Origin: a virus
Lineage: Duplodnaviria > Caudoviricetes
Virus record (IMG/VR): IMGVR_UViG_3300008259_002957
Direction: 5' to 3' (one strand)
Length of the DNA stretch: 64,000 nucleotides
A program made the translations under genes and the position numbers. Shown here piece by piece: positions 49,065-56,944 of the stretch (the stretch's first letter is position 1; every line of letters begins with the position of its first letter). Below the pieces are notes generated by a model that saw only the letters and a list, made by a program, of their open reading frames with translations, searched no databases and was not told the origin of the DNA.

Positions 49065-49615
49065 TCTTCTGTGCTTATAAAGTTAAATGGTATTTCGCCC
49101 TTAAACATTTTATACATTATTTTTTGATAAGCAGATTTTTTATTTGACCTTGGTACAACATGTACCATTCCGGGATGTATTATCCAGTCATTATAAAACT
49201 CAATCTTTTCTTTTGCTTTTTTAAAATATAACTCTGCTTTGTAGTGTTCTCTTGAATTAAAAACCAAACTAATTTCGTTTTTGTGAAATTCAACTTGCGA
49301 AGGTACAATAAATTGTGGATTTAAAAAATTATATACTTTGGTTCTGTATTCTGGATTGACAAAGGTTCTATTTGAACTTCTAAATATACCTTCGCCCCAT
49401 GCTGGTCTATTATAAAGTCCGCTAAAGCAAACAATCTTTTTGTTATCAACTAGTAAATCGAAAGTCATATGATTTTCAAGGTCAAGAGATCTTAATGAAT
49501 AATTTTCTTTTCTTTTATCTTCTGACAACGACAATTCTTCTAAAAGTAGTAAAAATTTTTTATAAAAATACTGATCAGTTATCTCTCCGTATTTTAAAAT
49601 ATTAACAACCTTCAT
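49043..49615 (-). CDS. GNAT-like fold protein
   Basis: FDLLVDNKKIVCFSGLY...FRSSNRTFV; resembles 9358-9966. Confidence 0.35.
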   Translation of the reverse strand: MKVVNILKYGEITDQYFYKKFLLLLEELSLSEDKRKENYSLRSLDLENHMTFDLLVDNKKIVCFSGLYNRPAWGEGIFRSSNRTFVNPEYRTKVYNFLNPQFIVPSQVEFHKNEISLVFNSREHYKAELYFKKAKEKIEFYNDWIIHPGMVHVVPRSNKKSAYQKIMYKMFKGEIPFNFISTEEWKSLKE

Positions 49616-50736
49616 TTTAACACTTTCGTTTTAATAGGACTAAATCCGTTAAATCTAGTTGAATAAACACTAGTATATGATCCTGTGTTATATATTAAAA
49701 TTTTATCTCCGCTTTTAATATCCTTTGGCAGTAATGGTCGATATTTTTCGTATAAAATGTCAGCACTGTGCAATGTTGGACCAGCAACTATATATGGAAC
49801 ATTTTCGCCACTAGAGTGGGGTGCAGTTATTTTATATTTAAAAATCTCTCCATCTGTACTATAAAGTCCTCCAAATCTTCCTATGTTAAGATACAGCCAT
49901 GTATCTGTATCGTTGATATCTTTTTTACTCACTAGTATAGATTCTGCAATTACAATACCAGAATTTGCAACTAACGCTCTACCCGGTTCTGCAAAAATAT
50001 TTTCAACAGCACCAAATTTTTGTTGTATTGTGTTTTTAATTACGTTACAATATATAGGCACATTGGTGATATCTTCGTCGTACTTAGAAGGAAATCCACC
50101 CCCGATATTAAGGACTGTTAAATTATATCCTTTATTTTTTAATTTATTCCAAAGTGTTGATACTATATCTAAACTATCAAACCACATGTGTGGATGTAAT
50201 GTTTGCGATCCAACATGAAAACTAAGTCCTACTAAATTAATATTTAAATTTTTTGCTTGTTCGAATAGATGTTCTGCCATGTCGGTACTACAGCCGAATT
50301 TTTTATTCAACGGTCTTAGTGCTTCAGTGTCTCCAAGTAGTACACGAATAAACACATCGCTGCCGGGTGCATAGGTTTCTATTTTTTTTAATTCTTCGAT
50401 TGAATCCGCAGCAAACAGTGTTACACCGTTTTTGTAAGAGTATTTTATATCCTTTATACTTTTAATAGTACTACCAAAACTTAATTTTTTAGGATCGGCT
50501 CCTGCTTTAAGACATTGTTTAATTTCGTTGCCACTAGCAACATCAAAATAACTATCTAATTTTACTAACAGTTTTAATACATCGAGGTTTGGGTTAGCTT
50601 TAACAGCATAGTGTATTTTATAATCTTGAAGAGAATTTTTAAAAATATTAAAATTCTCTTCTACAATATTTAAATCAATTACAAGGGTAGGCGAAGATAC
50701 CGATGTTGCAAGACAATAGTTTTCTAGTTTATTCAT
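49612..50736 (-). CDS. Ornithine decarboxylase-like PLP fold-III enzyme (variant active site)
   Basis: YAVKANP, FDVAS, KFGC, FHVGSQ, IGGGFP, EPGRAL; GPTLHSAD replaces the usual GPTCDSxD. Confidence 0.88.
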   Translation of the reverse strand: MNKLENYCLATSVSSPTLVIDLNIVEENFNIFKNSLQDYKIHYAVKANPNLDVLKLLVKLDSYFDVASGNEIKQCLKAGADPKKLSFGSTIKSIKDIKYSYKNGVTLFAADSIEELKKIETYAPGSDVFIRVLLGDTEALRPLNKKFGCSTDMAEHLFEQAKNLNINLVGLSFHVGSQTLHPHMWFDSLDIVSTLWNKLKNKGYNLTVLNIGGGFPSKYDEDITNVPIYCNVIKNTIQQKFGAVENIFAEPGRALVANSGIVIAESILVSKKDINDTDTWLYLNIGRFGGLYSTDGEIFKYKITAPHSSGENVPYIVAGPTLHSADILYEKYRPLLPKDIKSGDKILIYNTGSYTSVYSTRFNGFSPIKTKVLK

Positions 50737-50752
50737 TAAAACCTCTAAAAGA

Positions 50753-50780
50753 AAGTGTGCTAACTGTAATTAGCACACTT
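50753..50780 (-). terminator. Intrinsic terminator-like hairpin
   Basis: 11-bp stem AAGTGTGCTAA/TTAGCACACTT, 6-nt loop, followed by TCTTTT on the minus strand. Confidence 0.75.
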
Positions 50781-50810
50781 ATTGCATAGATATATTTTTT
50801 TTGATTAAAT

Positions 50811-52382
50811 TTAGTTTTTATTTTTTAATAGTACTGTTGTTGACATTGGTCCGGTAATTCCGCCAACTGTTGCTTGGTTATACTTATTGTATAAGAAAAG
50901 ATTATTGCCACCTTCGATACTTCGGTCATTGGTGTAATCATTGCTTAACCCTGTTGTATAAACAACGTTTTGTTTACTGTCAGCAAGTATTTTTGTTTTG
51001 AGTTGTGCAGGAGTCATTTGCGGATTGATTTGCAAATAACATGCTGCAACACCAGCAACCTGTGGTGACGCCATACTAGTACCACCGATATTTGTCTGTC
51101 TATAATTACTGTCTAAATAGTAATTTTGAGATCCGCCACCCCATTCGTTGGTTGTACTAGTGCAACTCATAATATTTGTACCGGGTGCCCAAATATCTAC
51201 GCCAGGTCCACTTTCGCTACTGCTGGCTTTGTATTCGGTGGTTGCACTAAACACTGTACTATCGATGTTGCCAACCATAAACGCTTGGTCGTCTATGGGT
51301 GAACCACCTCTGTGATAATAAACATCGCCGGTACCTGTTTTAGTATAATAGTTGTTGTAGTCGAGACCGCCGGATACATCAATTTTTTGGTATGTATTTC
51401 CAGCAGCAATAAACACATGCACACCTACATCAATAAGTTCTTGTAAATCGACATCTACTGAATCTACTCTAACAACGTGTCTATAACCAGAAAGGGTAAA
51501 GGAACCGATCATTCCTTTTGATGTATCTCTACTAGTACCTACCCATGGAGTACCTCGATATGACCCGCCGGTGATATTTGTAAAGGTTGTACCATATCCC
51601 CAACTCATATTTACCACAGTTGGTCGTTTATATCCAGTTGCTGGATCAATGGGTTTGTTTTGGTGCCACCCTTTTACAACATCAAAACAGTCTGTGATAG
51701 AAATTCCAGTTCCGCTATCGCCAGCACCTTCTAAACCATTAACCTTAAGAGCATAGATTCTTGCATTTTTGGCCCACCCAAATGTTTTGCCAGCAGCAAT
51801 TCCTCCAACGTGTGTACCGTGTCCGTCGTAGTCTCTATAATGGTTTACACTTTGTGTTCCTGCCAAGCCACTTTCTGTATACCAATTGATTAGTTGAACT
51901 CTACTAATACCATTTGCATCGTTGAATTCAGGATGATCAACTTGTAATCCTGAATCGTGTATAACAATGTCAACACCTGAACCATCAGCACTGTAGGAAA
52001 ATAAGTTATCAATAGTAGTTCCAGATCCGTAATTATTAGTTTCAGAAATACAACGTTTTAAACCCCAGTTGATAAAACTCCCCGAGTCCGAACTTGTTTT
52101 AGTAAAATTGCCAGTTTGCACAGCATTGTGACCAATAGAAATATCATCACGTTGATTTGGCGGAATTTCTACAGAATAAATTCTAGGATCGTTGCGTAAT
52201 GCTTCTGCTTCGGCATCAGTTAAATGATAATGAGTCTGTCTAGTACTTAATGGTCTACTATTGCAGATTTCACAACTTCTATTTGGAATAGTACTACTAC
52301 CAGTTGACGCAGTCATCTCTGTATCGACATCTGCAATATCTATACCACGTATTGTGCTAACGATATATTCTTTGGTTTCCAT
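50811..52382 (-). CDS. Subtilisin-like (S8) serine protease
   Basis: IHDSG (Asp), GHGTHVGG (His), AAGN, GGTSMASP (Ser). Confidence 0.93.
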   Translation of the reverse strand: METKEYIVSTIRGIDIADVDTEMTASTGSSTIPNRSCEICNSRPLSTRQTHYHLTDAEAEALRNDPRIYSVEIPPNQRDDISIGHNAVQTGNFTKTSSDSGSFINWGLKRCISETNNYGSGTTIDNLFSYSADGSGVDIVIHDSGLQVDHPEFNDANGISRVQLINWYTESGLAGTQSVNHYRDYDGHGTHVGGIAAGKTFGWAKNARIYALKVNGLEGAGDSGTGISITDCFDVVKGWHQNKPIDPATGYKRPTVVNMSWGYGTTFTNITGGSYRGTPWVGTSRDTSKGMIGSFTLSGYRHVVRVDSVDVDLQELIDVGVHVFIAAGNTYQKIDVSGGLDYNNYYTKTGTGDVYYHRGGSPIDDQAFMVGNIDSTVFSATTEYKASSSESGPGVDIWAPGTNIMSCTSTTNEWGGGSQNYYLDSNYRQTNIGGTSMASPQVAGVAACYLQINPQMTPAQLKTKILADSKQNVVYTTGLSNDYTNDRSIEGGNNLFLYNKYNQATVGGITGPMSTTVLLKNKN

Positions 52383-54010
52383 TATGCAGAAGTTCCGTCG
52401 TCTAGATTAATCCAAGCACCGTTTTGATATGCCTGAATTCTGTTTGCAGTTGAGTTGTATATCATATCGCCATTTGCAGCAGTTAATGCATTTCGTTGAG
52501 TTGTTGTAAGATTTGCTAATCTAAATGGAGCACCTATTACTCTAACAGCGTTACCTGCTTGTAGATCGAGGTTTGTAGCACTTTCTAGTGTAGGAGTTCC
52601 TGCTCCGGTACTAATGAAACTATCGGCAGTAACACTTGCAAAACGTACATCAGATGTTTCTTCGAGTTCTTGATTTGCAAGCGGGATCCATGAACCGGAT
52701 TGGAAAAATTCAAATCTGTCGCTATCTGAATTATAAACTATAGAACCGGTAATGTTTGCACTGTCAAGTCCAAAAGAATTTATAGTGGCTTGATCATATG
52801 CTCCAATAAATAAACCTCCAGGTAACACTGTTTCAAGTGCTGTGCTTCCGGATGCTACAATATTTCTCCATTCAACACCGTCATAGAACGCTAGTGTGTT
52901 GTTATTGATATCAACAGTTAGTTCGTAAAGTGAAGCCGGAGAGATGTCTAAAAGATTTCTTGATTCGTTGAATCTTAAACTGCCGTCTTTAATTTCAAGT
53001 TTTGTTTGCGGATCAAAAACTCCTATTCCAAAATTATTATCTGCAGAAAAAACAACGTACTCAGGTTCGTTAGAAGTAATTCCTGTTGGGTTAATAGCAA
53101 AAAATAATCCTAGGTTATCAGCACCAACAGTTGCAGTAGTGACAAGTCCGCCAGGATCGTTTTTTACAAAATCTAATCTACCATAAACCATACTATCGTT
53201 AATTGTTGAGTTTGACTCTCTTGATATTGTTACTCTAGAAAGTTCGTCAACACTATTAACATTAAGAGTAGTTCTAACCCCAACAGTAGCGTTTTCTACT
53301 TTTAGAGCACCGCCTGTATGTTTTATACTATCAGAATATATTGTTCCGTCAATGCCGTCAATAATTATTGACGAGTTGTCTGTAAATACAGAACCAGAAA
53401 GTTCTCCAACAAACTGTCCACTTATTGTATTTGTATTAGTATCAATTATTCTAGTGCTATCGGTTCCGATAATATTGATTCGATAGTCGCCACCTGCAAC
53501 TATACCTTCGCCACCGGTTGCGGGTGCGTTAACCCAGAAGCCATCAGTGTAAGTTAGCACTTCTCCGTTGCTAGGAAATGATATAAATGCATCGTCGAGT
53601 TGGTCTAGTAAGATGTTGGTAATATTGCTACCGTCGCCTACAAACAAACCGGTTAATGTATTTGTAGCAGAATTTACAATAGTACTACTATCGTTTCCAA
53701 CAATATTAATTCTGTAATTTACACCCTCGACTACACCGCCTGCACCGATAGGTAAGTTAGTAAGTCCGCTGCCGTCGCCTACAAAGGCAGTTGCAGTAAC
53801 AGTACCACTTCCGAGAATGTTGAATCCGTCTAAGTCTAAGTTTTGTGTAAGTGCATCTGGAGATCCAACATTAGAAACTTTAATACCTCCAGGTGTTACC
53901 CCGTCTCCGGCATAAAGGTCTTTGGTGTCAGTTACATAAACTAATTCGCCTTCTTGAAAGATGACAGAACCTCTTTCTGCCTCAGTCCCGCGTCTTAATC
54001 GCAATGCCAT
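52382..54010 (-). CDS. Tail fibre/virion structural protein
   Basis: N-terminal ALRLRRGTEAER...EGELVYVTDTKDLYAGDGVTPGG (tropism-determinant-like head); repeated YRINI.G.DS and G.I.YN.....F....G.W modules. Confidence 0.75.
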   Translation of the reverse strand: MALRLRRGTEAERGSVIFQEGELVYVTDTKDLYAGDGVTPGGIKVSNVGSPDALTQNLDLDGFNILGSGTVTATAFVGDGSGLTNLPIGAGGVVEGVNYRINIVGNDSSTIVNSATNTLTGLFVGDGSNITNILLDQLDDAFISFPSNGEVLTYTDGFWVNAPATGGEGIVAGGDYRINIIGTDSTRIIDTNTNTISGQFVGELSGSVFTDNSSIIIDGIDGTIYSDSIKHTGGALKVENATVGVRTTLNVNSVDELSRVTISRESNSTINDSMVYGRLDFVKNDPGGLVTTATVGADNLGLFFAINPTGITSNEPEYVVFSADNNFGIGVFDPQTKLEIKDGSLRFNESRNLLDISPASLYELTVDINNNTLAFYDGVEWRNIVASGSTALETVLPGGLFIGAYDQATINSFGLDSANITGSIVYNSDSDRFEFFQSGSWIPLANQELEETSDVRFASVTADSFISTGAGTPTLESATNLDLQAGNAVRVIGAPFRLANLTTTQRNALTAANGDMIYNSTANRIQAYQNGAWINLDDGTSA

Positions 54011-54015
54011 ATTGA

Positions 54016-54066
54016 AAATCTCCTAGAGTGATAATACTTTTATATATTTATCACTCTAGGAGATTT
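54016..54066 (-). promoter_or_regulatory. 19-bp inverted repeat enclosing a late-type promoter and sequestering the SD
   Basis: AAATCTCCTAGAGTGATAA / TTATCACTCTAGGAGATTT, 13-nt loop; ATAAATA at 54045-54051 (-); AGGAG in the downstream arm. Confidence 0.8.
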
Positions 54067-54067
54067 A

Positions 54068-54385
54068 TTATCTGTTTAATTTTAAGAACTTATAAACACG
54101 CTTACTAACGTCTGTCTGAACACGTTTTAAGTCAAGTCTAAAATCAATAGATTCGATGTTGTCGTCATATTCTTCAAAAAGTTGATCTAACGAATCTTCT
54201 ATTTGTTCGATAGGTTGCTTTTTTTTACTATCTTTTATATCAATGTCCCATACACTACCGTCTTGAAAAGTAATTAGTATGCGGTCAATATATTCTAGAG
54301 GAAGATAGTCCATCTCGACAGAATCAAAAATTTCTTGCCAGTGTTCTTCTGTTTCAGGATCGGGATGAACTTTTCTTTTAGGCAC
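54068..54385 (-). CDS. Hypothetical phage protein
   Basis: 105-aa acidic ORF, GTG start overlapping upstream stop. Confidence 0.75.
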   Translation of the reverse strand: MPKRKVHPDPETEEHWQEIFDSVEMDYLPLEYIDRILITFQDGSVWDIDIKDSKKKQPIEQIEDSLDQLFEEYDDNIESIDFRLDLKRVQTDVSKRVYKFLKLNR

Positions 54386-55001
54386 TTTTTTCTGCTTTGA
54401 CTTTCTTTACAGTTGGAACAAGTGTTTCTGCAACTTCTCGCATTTTCTTTGCTTCCTTGAACATAGCATCTGCTTGACTACGCAATTGTGCTGCCATTTC
54501 TTCTGCGGTAGGCGGCATTGTAGTTACAGCATCTGTAATCTGTGAGTTAACAGTTTCAGCAGCCATTAGAGGCATTTCGTTGATAACCTGTGGGGTTTCG
54601 GCAGATTGACCCGAAGGTTTAAGAGCCAAATCTTCTAACGAAATTCCACGTTGCTGAGCAATGGCTTCATTTAACTTGTCAAGACTGATAACAGTTTTGC
54701 TATCAGGAGTCATTTCAATTTCGTTGGTTGGAACTTTTCTTAATTTTCCAGTAGTATGAAATCCAGAAAGCATGTTACGCCCGTCAGGAAGATATGACCT
54801 AGCCATTACTTCTGCTAACTCGTATGCATCTTGACCTGCAGGCGACTCAACTACTTTGATTAGTACATCGTGTTCATCTGACGGAAGTGATTCGGTTAGA
54901 ACTACTAAACAATTATACGGATCACCTGGCAGTGTACGATATGCAACAATTGCTCTCCGTTTATTGTTTTTGATTCTGCCTACGTGTTTAATATTAGGCA
55001 T
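54378..55001 (-). CDS. Hypothetical phage protein
   Basis: Likely start MPNIKHVGR at 55001 (track 55070). Confidence 0.8.
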   Translation of the reverse strand: MPNIKHVGRIKNNKRRAIVAYRTLPGDPYNCLVVLTESLPSDEHDVLIKVVESPAGQDAYELAEVMARSYLPDGRNMLSGFHTTGKLRKVPTNEIEMTPDSKTVISLDKLNEAIAQQRGISLEDLALKPSGQSAETPQVINEMPLMAAETVNSQITDAVTTMPPTAEEMAAQLRSQADAMFKEAKKMREVAETLVPTVKKVKAEKSA

Positions 55002-55233
55002 TGGTGTTTTCCTCTGTTGCAGCAGGTGTTGCAGCCTGTGCGGCTTTTGCTGCCTTTTGTTGTTCTTCAACAGTTTTTAGAAAATGTTCTAACTTTGTGT
55101 ACACTGTTCCAACAGCGGCCATTTCTGCTGGTTTAAAAGCACTACGTTCGCTAGCAATGTCGATGATTTGTTTCATAATTGCTAAATCTTGAATAGTTAG
55201 ATCCATTGGGTTTGGTTGAGTTTGTTCAGACAT
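54994..55233 (-). CDS. Hypothetical phage protein
   Basis: AGGAG SD; 79 aa. Confidence 0.8.
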   Translation of the reverse strand: MSEQTQPNPMDLTIQDLAIMKQIIDIASERSAFKPAEMAAVGTVYTKLEHFLKTVEEQQKAAKAAQAATPAATEENTNA

Positions 55234-55266
55234 AGTAATCTCCTTGTATTAATATATATTATAGAT

Positions 55267-55551
55267 TTATCTGTTGTATTTCAAAAGTGGACAAGCTATC
55301 ATAAAATAACTTAGTTCCGAGGGATTTTCAAAACCAATTTTAATTTTTTGTTTAAATGGTGTTGATTCGCCTAATTCGATAGTGTTACCAACGTAGAATC
55401 GGCTGGAACAGTTTTCGTAGATCCACTCTTCTAATGCCTTGGAAAGATTGTATGTAGGATTAATAACAATCGTTTCGAAATAAGGAGGGCAGAATTCTAC
55501 CCTCCTTACCTCAAGCACGTTGAGTGGATTAATTTTATTCTTCTTAACCAC
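55267..55551 (-). CDS. Hypothetical phage protein
   Basis: 94-aa ORF in operon orientation. Confidence 0.7.
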   Translation of the reverse strand: MVKKNKINPLNVLEVRRVEFCPPYFETIVINPTYNLSKALEEWIYENCSSRFYVGNTIELGESTPFKQKIKIGFENPSELSYFMIACPLLKYNR

Positions 55552-56833
55552 GTGACTCCTCGTAGTGGGCAGTTACGCCAAACGGTGCTTGCAAAGATTT
55601 GTTGTGGTTACTGTGGATAATAAAAATAGTATCACAGTAAGACTCGTCTCCCCAACTACCGAACGGATATCCATCAGTAAACATAACAAACTTCTTAGGC
55701 TGGACATCATTTGATTTCATGTATTTCCAGTTACAGTCGAAGTCTGTACCGCCGCCGCCCATGATTTCATAATCCATAAGCGATTCGCCGCCGTCTGCAC
55801 TAAAGTCCTGTTCGTTGTAAACCTTAGTGTCAAAACACCACAGTTTAATACGATAGTCCTTGTATTCGTCCATAATGCCTTTGATCTCACTCAAAAAGTC
55901 ACGAGCCTGATCGTTACCAATAGAACCTGACATATCGATAGCAACAGTAATATCGATAGTTTCGTCAAAGTTCATACCAGGAAGAATAGCACCAGTGTGC
56001 CAGCCTTTACGACTAGGACGAGCAAAAGTGTAATCGTTACGAATAGTGCTTTGGATTTGCTGACGCAGAAGTTCGCGCCAGTTCATCTTAGGCTCAGTTA
56101 GTTCTTTGATCATACGCTGGATCTCACCAGGAGTGTTGCCAGCACCTGCACTCTGTGCAGCATTGATCATTGCTTCTTTGATTTCGTCCTTGATTGCATC
56201 AAGTTCGGCCTTGGTCAGTCTAGGACGACCTTTGCCCGAGCCATTGCCTTCTTTGCCATCACCTTCTTCATCGCCTGCTTCCCAGTCAATGTGTTCGTCA
56301 AGCAGTTCGCCAAGAGCATCAAAGTCGATCTTATGAGCGTTCTTGAACAGATCGTCATAGACTTCTTCTGAAGTCCACTTATCATACTTGAAGTCTTGAT
56401 AGCAATCAACTACACGAGGCTTTTGACCAATCTTGTCACGAACAAGAAGGTTGTTAACAATGTAGTCTGCAGAGATGTTGTAAAGCATTGGATCACGATC
56501 TTCACGACGAGTAAGGTGATCGTAAACACAGTGAAGGATTTCGTGTGCAATAACAAACTCAATTTCTTTATTGTTCATTGCATTAAAGAACTGAGTGTTA
56601 AAGTAAAGATGACGACCGTCTGTTGCCGCAGTCATGCACCATTCGTCGGCACTTTCAACACGCAGACGAGTAGCCATACTACCGAAAAAAGGATGCTTTA
56701 GAAGCAAGCCTACACGAGCAACAATAATGCGATCGAGGACGTCTACACGCATACGATCAAGTGCTTCGGGAGTAATGTTAGGATCTGGAGCCCAGTTCTT
56801 TTTACGCTTGGATTGAGTCTTTTTGACAGACAT
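55544..56833 (-). CDS. Metallopeptidase-like (HEXXH) plus vWA domain protein
   Basis: AHEILHC; DMSGS, T and TDG MIDAS residues. Confidence 0.88.
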   Translation of the reverse strand: MSVKKTQSKRKKNWAPDPNITPEALDRMRVDVLDRIIVARVGLLLKHPFFGSMATRLRVESADEWCMTAATDGRHLYFNTQFFNAMNNKEIEFVIAHEILHCVYDHLTRREDRDPMLYNISADYIVNNLLVRDKIGQKPRVVDCYQDFKYDKWTSEEVYDDLFKNAHKIDFDALGELLDEHIDWEAGDEEGDGKEGNGSGKGRPRLTKAELDAIKDEIKEAMINAAQSAGAGNTPGEIQRMIKELTEPKMNWRELLRQQIQSTIRNDYTFARPSRKGWHTGAILPGMNFDETIDITVAIDMSGSIGNDQARDFLSEIKGIMDEYKDYRIKLWCFDTKVYNEQDFSADGGESLMDYEIMGGGGTDFDCNWKYMKSNDVQPKKFVMFTDGYPFGSWGDESYCDTIFIIHSNHNKSLQAPFGVTAHYEESRG

Positions 56834-56863
56834 AGTTAACCTCTTGTTCAGTGCCTATAATGT

Positions 56864-56891
56864 AATATAACATATTTACTTGCTTTGTCAA
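56864..56891 (-). promoter_or_regulatory. Sigma70-type early promoter
   Basis: TTGACA-16 nt-TATATT (TGn extended), then ATAGGCACTGAA and GAGG SD. Confidence 0.7.
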
Positions 56892-56904
56892 GCATTAGAT
56901 AGAA

Positions 56905-56932
56905 AGAGTGGGCAGTTTGACCTGCCCACTCT
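56905..56932 (-). terminator. Intrinsic terminator
   Basis: 11-bp GC-rich stem AGAGTGGGCAG/CTGCCCACTCT, 6-nt loop, TTCT tail after the AAA gene. Confidence 0.8.
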
Positions 56933-56944
56933 AGTGTCACCGTA

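Noticed and set aside
1-50736. Classical RiPP cluster (PqqD/RRE plus precursor array)
   Set aside because: No RRE/PqqD domain, leader-core repeats or transporter seen; only two small ORFs, neither precursor-like.
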